From Andalucia godoyi And28 (taxonomy: Eukaryota > Protista > Jakobida): a stretch of DNA of 56,937 nucleotides. The notes under the pieces are model-generated. The model was not told where the DNA came from. It made no database searches and saw only the letters and a list, made by a program, of their open reading frames with translations. The position numbers and the translations under genes are program-made. The stretch covers positions 335,373-392,309 of the forward strand of contig VRVR01000014.1 in the NCBI GenBank assembly GCA_009859145.1. Reading direction: 5' to 3'. Of the stretch, positions 9,424 through 21,218 are shown piece after piece. Position 1 is the first letter of the stretch. Every line of letters starts with the position of its first letter.

Positions 9424-10932
9424 ATGGATGCATTTCGAGCTGCGGAAAAGCTGTATCGGTCCGCGTCGTCATTGGAGGACCGCTACATCGCGACGCACTT
9501 TCCGAAGCTTGCGTTTGAGCGCGAACCCATGGGGGTTTCAGACATGTCGATTCCAAAGGTGCGCTGCAGTGCTCGCTTTCCGGGGCTGTACATTGTGCGA
9601 AACGCACTGAGTCCGTCTGCGCAATTGGAGATCATGAAGAAAGCGTTTATGGAGTACTGCAGTCCTCCGAACGACACCAACCTGCATGCTCATTACAGCA
9701 GCGACAGGCTCCAGCAGCTGTGGAAGGATGCATGCGATGTGTATGCGTGCGAGAAGAAGGAGAAAGGGCAAATCCACGATGCGTCGAAGCGGCCCTTGCT
9801 GGAGCTCTTGCGATGGTCTACTCTTGGGATCCGGTACGATTGGTCCGCAAGGAAGTACGATTTCGGATCGAACGACCGTCAGTTTCCTGCCGATGTCGCT
9901 GCACTCTGCGATTCTGTCGCGAAAGTGTGTCTTGGGAACGATTTCACATTCCGGGCAGAGGCAGGGATCATGAATTACTACGTGCCCAATTCGCAGCTTT
10001 GTGGACACGTCGACGATGCAGAACTGGCCTTTGACGCCCCGATTGTTTCTCTATCTCTTGGCAACTCGTGCATCTTTCTTGCAGGCGGCGACTCGAAGGA
10101 TGTTGAGCCGGATGCATTCGTCCTTCGGTCTGGTGATGCGGTTGTCATGCACGGTGCGTCACGAAGATGCTATCACGGGGTAGCAAAGATCTTTTCCGGA
10201 ACCTTGCCAGCATTCTTGCTTCCTCAGAACGTGCCAGACGACAGTAGCTGCTGCAGGAAGCTTGCAGAGTTTTGGAAGGACATGCGGATCAACGTGAATG
10301 CTCGGCAAGTGTTTCCATCTCCCGAGCCAGCGCTTCCTGTGCCGGACACGAGTGGCAAGCCCAGCGGCATAGCAGCACAACCGGGAACCCAAACCGCATC
10401 GCAGATGGCCGCTCGTTTGCAGTTGATTTCACACGACGAGGGTGGATGGTTTCGGCAGACGTATGAGACCACGGAAACGGTTTCGACCCCCGATCGGATT
10501 GATGGCGTTCGCCCGGCCATGAACACGATTTATTACATGCTTACTGGTATTCAATCCATCGGTCATTTGCATTCCAACATGTCAGATATCATGCACTACT
10601 ATCACGGTGGAAACCCGATCTTGTATGTTGTGCTGAACGAGGCGCACATGACACTGGAGCGGTTCGTGATGGGAAGCGATGCCGCGTGCGGACAGGTTTT
10701 CCAGCTTCTTGTTCCTGCGAATCTCGTCAAAGCATCCGTGTTGCTGCATGCTGACGGGTCAATTCCCACCGCAGACCGCCCTTTGGATCCTGAAGAATGG
10801 GGGCTCATATCCGAAGTTGTAGCTCCAGGATTCGACTATCGAGATCGGCAATTGCTGTGCAAACCCAGTTGCCCTGCTTCCTTCCAGCAACTGCTGCACT
10901 CCTCTGTCGGCCTCGATCTGTTTCACAAGTAA
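9424..10932 (+). CDS. ALKBH1: ALKBH1-like Fe(II)/2OG dioxygenase fused in frame to a C-terminal Cupin_5 (DUF985) domain (502 aa)
   Basis: AlkB part: LRWSTLGIRYDWSARKY, AEAGIMNYY, GHVD, PIVSLSLG, LRSGD...YHGV, RINVNARQV. Cupin_5 part: HDEGGWFRQTY, NTIYYML, HLH...DIMHYYHGG, QLLVP, LISEVVAPGFDYRD. Confidence 0.88.
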   Translation: MDAFRAAEKLYRSASSLEDRYIATHFPKLAFEREPMGVSDMSIPKVRCSARFPGLYIVRNALSPSAQLEIMKKAFMEYCSPPNDTNLHAHYSSDRLQQLWKDACDVYACEKKEKGQIHDASKRPLLELLRWSTLGIRYDWSARKYDFGSNDRQFPADVAALCDSVAKVCLGNDFTFRAEAGIMNYYVPNSQLCGHVDDAELAFDAPIVSLSLGNSCIFLAGGDSKDVEPDAFVLRSGDAVVMHGASRRCYHGVAKIFSGTLPAFLLPQNVPDDSSCCRKLAEFWKDMRINVNARQVFPSPEPALPVPDTSGKPSGIAAQPGTQTASQMAARLQLISHDEGGWFRQTYETTETVSTPDRIDGVRPAMNTIYYMLTGIQSIGHLHSNMSDIMHYYHGGNPILYVVLNEAHMTLERFVMGSDAACGQVFQLLVPANLVKASVLLHADGSIPTADRPLDPEEWGLISEVVAPGFDYRDRQLLCKPSCPASFQQLLHSSVGLDLFHK

Positions 10933-11648
10933 GCACAGCAAGTCTGAAGCACTGTGTCCGTCTATCAGCAGCCCGTCACAGTCGATCCTTCATTCTCCCC
11001 GCATATGCACAATCTTGGATCCCAGTGTCGCCCCCCCACCCAGACACGCGACTGTTTGTTTTGCTTCGTTTTGCTTTGTTCCGAACGCCAAAAAACAAAC
11101 CAATGACAATAACAAAAAAACAAAAACGCCTTCTATTTGTTGTAAAAACGTTGACGAACGTTATGAACTACATTAACGGACTGCACGCCTACGTTATACA
11201 CTGAACATGCATAACTACAAATAGACATGCATATTCAGTCTTGCATCCCGTTGCCGGGAAGGGGATCGGCCCTGCATCGAGCGGCGTAGGCGTAGGCGAA
11301 TGCGTCATCCCAGCGCACCCACGCCCATATTTGAATTAAAAAACAAAATCAACGAATGATAGAATAGATGGCTACGGATGCTGAGTTAAAGAGCGTCGAA
11401 AATGCGGAGCCTGTGTCACCGGCTGAATTTTGGCCGAGTGTGCGTAAGCATGAATTCCTGTGAAGCAAAAAACGTGCTGGTGTCGGCCAGTATTGACCGT
11501 GTCATTATTCAACGGCATATGCTCTGCTGGACATTCGTGCGTTAATTTTTGTTTCATTATGAAATAAAACAATAGTCAGCGTTTACGTTTACGTTTTAGG
11601 TGTTCTGGAGGAATATACAAATCGAACCGCACGGGACCGCACTAACGC

Positions 11649-13397
11649 ATGAGCCGTTCTGTTCTGTCCATCCATGACTTGTCTCCGGTGCAGTCTCCGT
11701 CACACGCTCTGACACCGACGGCTGGTTTGTCATTGCAGACGCGACAGGGGTCATCGAGAAAGGAGTTTGCGATGTCCTCTTCGTCGCTCCGCGAGCTGGG
11801 CAATTCATCCGCATCGTCATCCGCAGCGGCGGCGACAGCGAGAGGGACAGCGACAGGGACAGGAACGGAATCAGTGCCAGTTTCATCGTTTGGAAAAAGC
11901 TCGAGGACTGCCCAAGTACTGGATTCAGAGTTGGATCGACTTCGGTCGTTTTGGTCGGCGACTCGGAAGGACCTGTCTGTGCATGCACACCGGTTATCGA
12001 TGGAACACGAAAGAGAAAAGTCGGATGTTGAGGATGCTCGAGAAAAGCTGCAAATCGCGCTGGAGCAAAGCAAAATATATAAAGACGGCATCGAACAGTT
12101 GGAAGCAGCGCTCGCGGAGTCGAATGACAAGTGCAGACTGCATGAGATGACTCTGAAGTCCTCGAAAATGGAAAATGCTTTTCTCAGGGAACAAGTCTCT
12201 ACGCTCAAGCTGGAATTGGAGAAGACGCAGGATACGCTGGGGTCGCACATGAGCAAGTACGACATCCAGTCCTCGCAGATCGCACAGCTGATGTCCAAAC
12301 TGAAGGGGCTGTCTTCCGAAACTGCTGACAAGCTGGCGTATGCGTTGGAGAGGAATCAGGTGCTGGAGTCAGAGAATGTGGCGTTGCTTGACGAAGTGAC
12401 TCTACTGCGGCAGTCTTCTGCGGAGGGAGAGAGGTACAAACAGCAGTGCGTGACGATGGATCGTGCGATGCGCGCTTGCGAGGTGCATATGGCCCAGTCT
12501 GTGTCTGCAAAAGAGCAAGTCGGCGAACTGCGGGAAACCGTCCGAAGACTTGTTGGCATGCTTGGAAAGACAAGGGAGTTCGCTGGGTTGCTGTGGGACG
12601 GAAAGGCAGAGATTGTGTTTTTTGGAGGCGGCCATACGTCTGCCAAACGGAAGACGGTCATATCCGGTTCGGGCTCTGCAAAGTCCGAGTTCATTCGGTC
12701 CGATTGGCTTCCTGCAGAAGCTCTCAATGCACTTCGAAGGTTCCGTGATCAGCATATGCCGAATGTCTCTGTGTCCGCGTTTTCCGAGATGCTAACGTCG
12801 CTGAATCAGGCGTTCTTGGAGCGAGAGTCGCACTCTGTCAGCCGCCTGAAGCACAAGTACAAGCAGCAAATATTGGATCTGAAGAGACAAGTGGGCCAGC
12901 GGCAGCCGTATTCTTCTGTCGTCTACGAGGAACGAATTCAACATTTGAAAAAGGAACTCGAGGAATGTAAGTCTTCTCTTGATGTGCGTGGAGACCAGAG
13001 GGAATGGTTGCACAAGTTTGGCAAGCTGATTGAGAGAATCCAGAAGCTGGAAAAGGACAATGAATTTCTGGAAGAGCAGCTGCAGTCCCATCGTGCTCCG
13101 GAAGTTGAACTGCAAGACTGGGCATACGCCGACGTAGCCTTGAACCGGGTTCTCACGGAATTTGCAGCTGCGCGGAAGCATTTTGCCGAGTACGACCCTG
13201 TCCAATCACAAATCTCTGAGATTGTGTCGCAGCTCGAGCACTTGGTGTCGTTTGTGCGTGTGCGGCGGTCTGATCGAGACGGTGCGCTTTGCAGTTCAAG
13301 AAGAATCGAGAGCGCGAGTCGTAGCAATACCGACGACGATCAGAACGGTCAGTCGGAGGGTTCGGAGGGCAGCAGCCACGATCTGTCAGATGAATAG
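11649..13397 (+). CDS. Long coiled-coil protein of unknown function (582 aa)
   Basis: Long ORF from ATG with heptad-like E/K/L/Q-rich segments and Ser-rich termini. No family recognised. Confidence 0.7.
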   Translation: MSRSVLSIHDLSPVQSPSHALTPTAGLSLQTRQGSSRKEFAMSSSSLRELGNSSASSSAAAATARGTATGTGTESVPVSSFGKSSRTAQVLDSELDRLRSFWSATRKDLSVHAHRLSMEHEREKSDVEDAREKLQIALEQSKIYKDGIEQLEAALAESNDKCRLHEMTLKSSKMENAFLREQVSTLKLELEKTQDTLGSHMSKYDIQSSQIAQLMSKLKGLSSETADKLAYALERNQVLESENVALLDEVTLLRQSSAEGERYKQQCVTMDRAMRACEVHMAQSVSAKEQVGELRETVRRLVGMLGKTREFAGLLWDGKAEIVFFGGGHTSAKRKTVISGSGSAKSEFIRSDWLPAEALNALRRFRDQHMPNVSVSAFSEMLTSLNQAFLERESHSVSRLKHKYKQQILDLKRQVGQRQPYSSVVYEERIQHLKKELEECKSSLDVRGDQREWLHKFGKLIERIQKLEKDNEFLEEQLQSHRAPEVELQDWAYADVALNRVLTEFAAARKHFAEYDPVQSQISEIVSQLEHLVSFVRVRRSDRDGALCSSRRIESASRSNTDDDQNGQSEGSEGSSHDLSDE

Positions 13398-13670
13398 TTC
13401 ATGGTTACTTTCTTTTCTTCTTCTCTTTGTTTTTCCTTTGTAGGTGCGACTCTGATCCAAAACAACAACAACAACTACTACTACGTCTTTCTTCTTCACG
13501 CATCCTGTTTTCCCAGGATGGTCTTCGTGCAATTTACAAACGTCCGAGATCTCCAATCAGTAAAACCTTCAAGCTGCCTTTGACATCCGACATCCGATGA
13601 CACTTTTATTTAAAAAAACCAATAGTTAATCTAGCCAGAGTTACCGCGAAAAAGGAAGCGTACGTTTTGA

Positions 13671-16600
13671 TCAGAAATCAAACCAGGAAATAGACTCTTG
13701 CAAGTCCGCAAATGAATTGATCTCGGCTATCGTCCGCAACATTCGAATGGCTTCGGCAACGTCGTACGACGCCAATCCTTCTTTCAAATCCTTGACGTCG
13801 CCCATGTTATCAATCTTCATTTCTTTGCTGTTTCTACCCGGAATGTGGTAATATGTGTCCTGAACTTGGAAAGAAACCATCAGCTTCTGAACATGCTCCA
13901 GCAAGCGCTGCTCAATATCATGCGGGTCGAACAGACCACCACAATACTGACATGGCCATTGGCCATCCGGGGTCCTGTCCTGGAACAGGTCGAGATCTTG
14001 AACAGTCATGCAAAAGCCACAAATGACATCATGAAGAGCATACGATTTCGAACGAAGCGAAAACTCATCATCTTTGGAGAATTCCTTCACTGCGAGGATT
14101 TTCAAACAATTTTTCTTGACCTTGTTGGCCTGTTCTCGCAGTCGGGAGTCGCAACTGAAAACTTCAAAGAAAAACTTGGTGAAGTCCAGGGCAGGATTTC
14201 CGGTGACCGCCCGTATGCTTGTGCCTTCGTCCTGCTTCTGAAACTGCGAAACATGACTGTGGATGTTCTCCACGATATTCAAGACATGCGAGCCCAGGAC
14301 ATCCGCAAGATAGGCACCCATTGACGAAGGAACTTCGTCCGACACCTCATTCCTTTCGTTGAATCGATCTGCTGCAGTGTGATGCGCCGTTGACGGGGTC
14401 TCCGAAACCTGTCGTTGCGATAACGCACTGCGGAGGAATTCGCGCACCAGAGGTATACACAGTTGTTGTACAGGCTCGGCAAGACACCGAAGCACGTTCC
14501 ACTGCTCAAAGAAGAAGAGTTCCACTTCGTCCGTATCGTCCAGCCGTGACAGCGCGGTAGAGCTCAGTCCGAACCCCGAGTAGTTCCGAATGTCCACAAA
14601 CAGCAACTGCTCAAAGACGTTTGCGGAGTGCAGATCGACAAGACGAAACACGTCGATCGACTTCAAATATGTAAACACGTTGTGAACGTAGCGAAGACCG
14701 TCGGCAAGATTTCTCTTGCCCGTTGAAATGAACAGTTTTTGGAAGGAAGCGAAGACCAGAGACATACCCTGATTCTTCAGTTGCAAACAGAGTTTGACAA
14801 ACACCTGCTTCATCAACCGGCGAATCGCTCTGAACAAGGTATCATCGTGGAACCGAGAATGGGCGCTCCGCAGCCATCGAAAGAAATTCTGCAGCAGAGA
14901 ATCGGCACTGGTACTTCGATTTTGAGTGGCCTCCAAGACCAGAGATTGAGCAATGGAGCGAAGGACTGGCAGGCACCAGGTGTCACTTACTTTCACAGAT
15001 GCCGTGTCTCCCTTTTCCTTCTTTTTCGCTTTGGCATCTCCAAGATATCCGTTCATGTCCAGATGCGGCACATCATTCTCAAAGAGAGCCGCGTTACACA
15101 AAATTGTGTCAATGTCAAGATGCAGGAGATCCACCTCGACGCAAACCTTGTCATAGAAGCCTGGAACACACAGAATGGTGGGCTTCTCTTCATCACCCCA
15201 TATCGCGGATTCCTCGTCTTCTGTGCCACCGAGATCTGGTTTCAAACCATCTGAAGCCCACATAACAAAATTCTCCTTTTGCAATTGTCTCCCGAGAATC
15301 ACATCCATACAAAAGATGTGGACATCATTGTCGATATTGCCCAACGGCACTTTCGCAAACGCAGCAATCTCGATGCGCCTTTCGTACCAAGGAAGAAATT
15401 GTGCGGCGCGGAGGACAGAAGTTCGAACAAGCGGTTTGATCCAGTCCAACGCTGGCAACAGAGTGTCGCGATCGGAAACTGGCAGGTCGATGACGGGTGA
15501 TGTCCCGAAGATTTTGCTGAGGTGCGGCAAGCAAGCTCGGGACCCTTGGAAAAAGAACACGCGAGAGGATTGCACATTGTTTGTCGCAGTATGAACAAAC
15601 GACTCGACATTTCGAAAAAGTTCATCAACGGAAGAAGAAGCCTGGAACATGAAAGACGGAACCTCGATTTCGGTGGTTCCCAGTGCTTGTTGAAACATTT
15701 CGGAGGAGTTGATGCGCGGAACCTGCAAATTGCGGAACGGCTGAAGAAGAAACTGTGCTCCACGAACAGATTGCAGAGACTCAAAAACAAGAACAACAGC
15801 AATGCCTCTAGGCTGTGCTCCGGACGTCATCGTCGAATAGATGAAAACTTTCCTGCAAGAAGGCCGAGCGACGAAGGAGACTCGCTTCTTGTCCTTCTTT
15901 GCAGACATCACGAGGTCTTGCGGTCTCATGATGAGGGCTGAATCGGCAGCCACATCTCGAATCTGTGGAGCGAACCGCAGCAAACTTCCATATTCGACCA
16001 GGAATCGAAACAGCGGCGACGTGCCCGACTCGTAGATTCCTTCCACATCAGGATTGTTCAGAAAGGACACGGCTTGGGATGAAAAAGACAGATACTGGTC
16101 TTCGGTGAATTTGTGTTGGTACAAGAACATCGGAACTCGGCCATGCGGAAGCACTTTGAAAACCCGTTCCGATGTACCCGTTGTATCTTCTGAATAGGTA
16201 TTGATGAGAACAGTGCGATCCAAACTGATTAGAAAAGACGAAATGTATCCCGTTTCGCTGATGTACCACGCACGGTGAACTCCTGGCTTCTCAGTCTCTT
16301 TCAAACACAACAGTTCAAAATCGGATCGGACAAGTGCGTCCGCTTGCCGACGCAGCATTCCTCCGATACCAGTCTGCAACTGAAGAGATGAAGATGCTGA
16401 ATCGGAGTCTTTCCCCGAAACCAAAGCTCGGCGCCTTTTCTTTGCGCGAAGCTCGCGCCACTTTTCCTTTTGCGTTGCCAGCCACTGCGGATAATGCTCA
16501 TGCTTGTAGAAGGCAGCACCGAGCGACATTCCGGCCGTGGAAGGGTCGAAAAACCCGCTGAAAGCGTTCTCGAGCTCACGACTTTTAAGTTGGGATTCGG

Positions 16601-19600
16601 AGGAGGCAGCAGCAGATTTGATTGTGGAGGGCGGACGGGTCACCAGCGATTCATCCGCCTTGCCAGCGACAGCAGGGCCGGACATATCTTCAAGATCCAC
16701 TATCGCTGACGCCGCGGAATTCCGGGCAGCAGCAGCAGATGCGGACGCAATAGATCGAAGCAGGTGAGAGACATTGACCGCGGTCGAGGACTGCTCGCGG
16801 CCGCGAACCACCCGAGACAGCCAATCCGGTTGCACAACTCGAGGGACAGGGTTCTGCATTTTCTGAAATCCCGAGGGAATTGTGACAATTTTCTGAATCG
16901 ATTTCGAAAGTCTTTCAATGTAGTAGTTCCAATCCAGAATATCCCGAAGTCCAAAATCTTGCAATGATGCATCACGACACCATTTTCTCAAATAAAACTT
17001 CCGGACACTCTCTTCAGCAGAGAAAATCGCAACAGGGATGGCCCTTTCGGTTACCGGAAGGCCCTCGGGCTTCTTGGAAATGATAAATGTACAATTCAGT
17101 CCCTTGTCTTTCACCATTCCTGCGCCTAAAAACTCAGCCAGCCGCTTTGCAGTCGAAATAGCGGTAGATTTCTGACTACCATAATCTTCAAGTGAGCGAG
17201 ACATGTTGGACGACTCAGAGATCAAGCTCAGCAATTCGTCATCTTCGACGTCCACGCCCTTTGTGTACAAAATATCCAAGTAGTGATTGCAAAGCGCACC
17301 TACTGCATCGTAACACTCTTGCAGTGTTTTTCCTTCAAGAAATGCCGGAAACAGCTGGCTCTGAAACACCTTGACAAGCTCCAACTCTCCTCTCCGTTTC
17401 ACTTCAAATCCTTTCAGCTCTTTCAGTTTGTGATCATGATCAAAAACTGCGTATCTCTTCTTGATAGACTTTCCCTCTTCCAGAGCCGCCGGAAGAATCA
17501 TTGCCAGATACGGACCATCAATTTCGAAAGAGATTGTGCACTCGGAAGACTTTGAGTAATCCTTCACACGGGGATCCAGCACTTGGTACTGATGGTTTGA
17601 AAAATTGTGATGCACGTCTGCATTCAGCATGGCACACGGATACGAAATGCTGATTTTAGGCCGATCTTTCAAATCTGTCTTGAAGGTGAAGTTCTCGGGA
17701 AAGGAACACGGAAGACACGTCCAGATGCCGTCTGTATCGAGCTCCAGCGGTACACTGATGCGATCCAACAGCGACCTCGCCATTTTAATGATGTTCGCGC
17801 CAGTATGCGTGACAATTCCTGCCATTTCCATGGAGTACCAACGAGCGCCGCGGCGCATGACATAGCCGTAAAAAGAATTCAGAATGCACTTATGCGCCAG
17901 TTGCAACGAATCATACAGGACCACCATGTCTGAGCATTCTCGCAGCCGCACAGTGTCTTTGGCTTCTTTAGCGGACTGCTCGTGCTTTTGCCACGTTTTG
18001 TGCTTGGCTTTGTACTCATAGCGGCGATCACGGAACAAGCGCACGGTATCGACGTAGAAGGGATTCTCTCGCTGACATACAATAGACTCACGTTCTTCGA
18101 GCTGTGTTTCGTGGGTTCTCTTGTACACTCGCCTGGAGTATTCACCCACGCGCTTTTTCAACAATTCGTCTTGCGTTTCTACCGGCAATTCTCCAAACGG
18201 AACCATTTTTTTGTCTTTTCCAAACACCTGCGGAACAACTTCTGTCTGCATCTGCGTCTTCAAATGCTCGTACTCGGATCGAGATGCCTTGAAGAACTCT
18301 CCGCGCCAAATCCAATTCATTTTCCGTTGACAGTCTGATTCCGGTCGGTTGTGGACGCATGCCGCGCATGTCGCTTCATCGACAATCGATACAGGCTGCA
18401 AGCGATTTGTCAAGATGATGTTTGGATACATTGCCGACACGTCAAGATGATAAATCAACGGAGTCTCCATTCTTCGCGGATTGTCTCTCAGGGCTTCCAA
18501 CTTGGAAGCGATCGCTGATCGCACTTCGTCATAGTTCACAACATGAGAGAGAGGCACCCCGCTTTCGACTTCAATGGCAAATTTCAGGGACTTGTCCAAA
18601 TCATTCAGCAGCATTTCAAATGCTGTCGGGTCCAAGTGAAACTTCATCGGAATGTCCGATCGGAAAACGCCGGATTGCAACGCCTCAACATGCCCACCGA
18701 CATATGTCTCAGATTCAAGGCGATGCCCCTTGAAGAACGATTCCACGTCCGAAGAGTACTTGTCGGGGCACAGAATGTCCTTCTCCGTCGCTTCCACCAT
18801 CAGCAATGTCTCGCAGAGAGTGCCAGACCCCTTTCGCAGCACTTCATCAGGAGACATTGGAATGATCGTGCAGAGAGAGAAGATAAACGGATGTACGTAC
18901 TTCATGTAGAGATAGTACGTTGCAACGGCGTCCGACACCGAGTAGGATGCCATTGTCCACGGTTTCTCCTCTGCAAATCTCATCATATCTTCTGGATGAA
19001 TTTCCAATGGGTCGTAGCCAAGCTTGGCTTTCGTGACAGCCTTCAAACCTTGGGAGCCTTGGGGAAGATACGAATCTCTCTTCACCCAAGCAAACGCATC
19101 CATATGAATACCGGATTTCGACATGTACTGTTCGTCGTCCTTGTAATACCCAATTTCCGCTCTCAGATCAATTCCGTACACTTGGCATCGGGCGTCAATG
19201 AAGGGCCAGTCGAAAAAGTCGCCGTTAAACGTGACCATAATAGATGGCTTGGTTGCTTGCAGCTCCGAAATCCAACGGTTCAGGAGTTCCCGCTCATTGG
19301 CTACATTGAAGACTGTGAACGGACCTTCGTACTCGGGCTTGGGAGTGTACTCAAAATCCTCAATGTCTTGCGATACGACCTGTCGGTTGACAATCAGATA
19401 TCCTTTTCGATCAATCATGTAAGAAATCATCATGATTTGATCCGTTTTCGCATCAGGAAACTTCAGCGGTGCCTTCGTGGTTTCGATATCAAACGCACAA
19501 ACCTTCGGTTCCGCAAATCTCTCTAGCTCCTTCATGTGTTGGATGGCGGTCTTACCAGAATCGGCATAGACACGGTACCAGTACCCGACTCGGATTCTCA

Positions 19601-20350
19601 AATCAATGGATACCCGGATGTGGTACTTCACGTCATACTCACGAATATCGTTGATGTAGTCCGCCGGGTCGATGGATCCGGAGAACTTTGAACGAACAGC
19701 AGAGAACAACGACTCTTCGTCCCCTAGGAAATCTGTTCTGGTACGTTTTTTGTTCCTTTGTAGTGCGTCAAAAACTACTTTGCGGACCTCCATGAGTTCC
19801 TGTACATTTCGGGTCTGGATTTTCAACAGCGGGCGCTTGAGCCCAGACAAATGATTCAACATGGACAGATCCTCTACGTACTCTTTCGACACTTCAACAA
19901 TTCGTTTTTCGAACTTTTCAACAATCCATCTCCGGACATCGTCCTCAAAGCCAGTACGCACACCGACGAAAAAGTATGGAAAATGTTGAATAGCGCATTT
20001 GAATTTGGTTCCATCCTGCATGGCACATTCCGCGACTGTCAGTACAAAAAAAAACGAACGAGTCTCTCTGCTGCACATGTCCAGAACAGAGAAAGGGGAG
20101 GAAAAGAAAAAGAAAGGAACATACATTTTGAATAAAGTACAGTTCGAGAGCTGACACTTGCACTCCCAGTTCTTCGTCAAAAACAGACGACTGGTGTTCG
20201 ACGGCGATTGATGCGACAGCAAAAAAAAAAGTATACACAATAATATTAGTATTGTCCCCATAAAAGCAACCGTTTCAAACCGCCACCACGACAACAACAA
20301 GAAGAGCAACAGCAATCGGAGATTGGTATCACTCACCGACAAGTGGAGGG

Positions 20351-20388
<38 letters not shown>

Positions 20389-20643
20389 GACAGCAAGGCA
20401 TACCGGGCGCATGTTGACGCACCAACCAATTCGTTCATTGTTCCCGGAAAAGTCTTCAAATCCAAAGCGGTCTGCCACCGCCGTATCCTTGGCGGTCTCG
20501 ATTTCGCGACGATCATTGCGTTCGCGTGCAGACCTGTTGCTGCTGCTGCTGCTGTTGTTGTTGTTGCTGCTGCTGCTGTTGAACGACGTTGTTGGATATG
20601 CCTTGCCATGGCTCGCAGAATTCTTTCCTCGATAAAACGCCAT
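13671..20643 (-). CDS. POLE: DNA polymerase epsilon catalytic subunit; exons 20404-20643, 20125-20190, 13671-20015 (about 2216 aa)
   Basis: Exonuclease motifs FDIETTK, FNGDFFDWPF, YSVSDA. Polymerase motifs YHLDVSAMYPN, QLAHKCILNSFYGY, ELDTDG. CysX motif CAACVHNRPESDC. The spliced N-terminus RFGF...GWCVNMRP/SSVFD...LYFIQN/DGTKFK matches the Pol2/POLE consensus. Confidence 0.95.
20016..20124 (-). other. Spliceosomal intron 2 of POLE (109 nt, phase 0)
   Basis: GTATGT donor at 20124, TACTGAC branch site, TGCAG acceptor at 20016. Gives YFIQN-DGTKF. Confidence 0.88.
20191..20403 (-). other. Spliceosomal intron 1 of POLE (213 nt, phase 0)
   Basis: GTATGC donor at 20403, pyrimidine tracts, TACTAAT branch-like site, CAG acceptor at 20191. 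Splicing restores the conserved frame. Confidence 0.85.
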
Positions 20644-21218
20644 ATCAAGGTCTACAACAACAACAGTAACAGCAACGGAAGACACACACACACACACACA
20701 CAAACACCAAAAGCCAATCGACGGGAAAAGATAAGAGTACACAGAAGAAACCGACAACCAAAAAAATTAAAATAAATAAAATTTCAAAAGAAAAACAGTA
20801 AACTAAACTTTAATAAAAAAACTGGAAAGAAAGAGAGCAAAAGAGAAGATTGAGAAGAACGAAAATTTAGCGAATGGACAAGATGGAATTCGGAGCAGCT
20901 CCCGGTTTGGCGCCAATGCAGGCGGGAAAGGTTTCATCGCCGAAGTGGCACCATATCCAGTGTCATCGCACAATAGGCATCGGGGATTATCGGACGTGTT
21001 TTTTTTTTTTGGAGTCGGGGCTTTTTCATGAGGCAGTCTCCGCACTGAGTTCGCACGCAACGCAACCCTCCTTACTTGTATTACTTTTGCTTGGACTTGC
21101 CTTGCTGCTGCCGTTCGTCTCAGCGGTGCTTGAATAGTCGAAACTCGGAAGCCCAGATTCCGGAGTCCGGGCACAGAACAGCAGCCTTGGGGAGCACGTT
21201 GAGTAGTCAGGCAGCAGC

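Noticed and set aside
18543-19526. 327-aa plus-strand ORF and many similar 60-240 aa overlapping ORFs throughout the window
   Set aside because: Antisense or off-frame shadows of well-supported genes.
20016-20648. Hydrophobic, TM-like N-terminus of the 2325-aa ORF
   Set aside because: Translation of T-rich introns and the wrong frame of exon 1.
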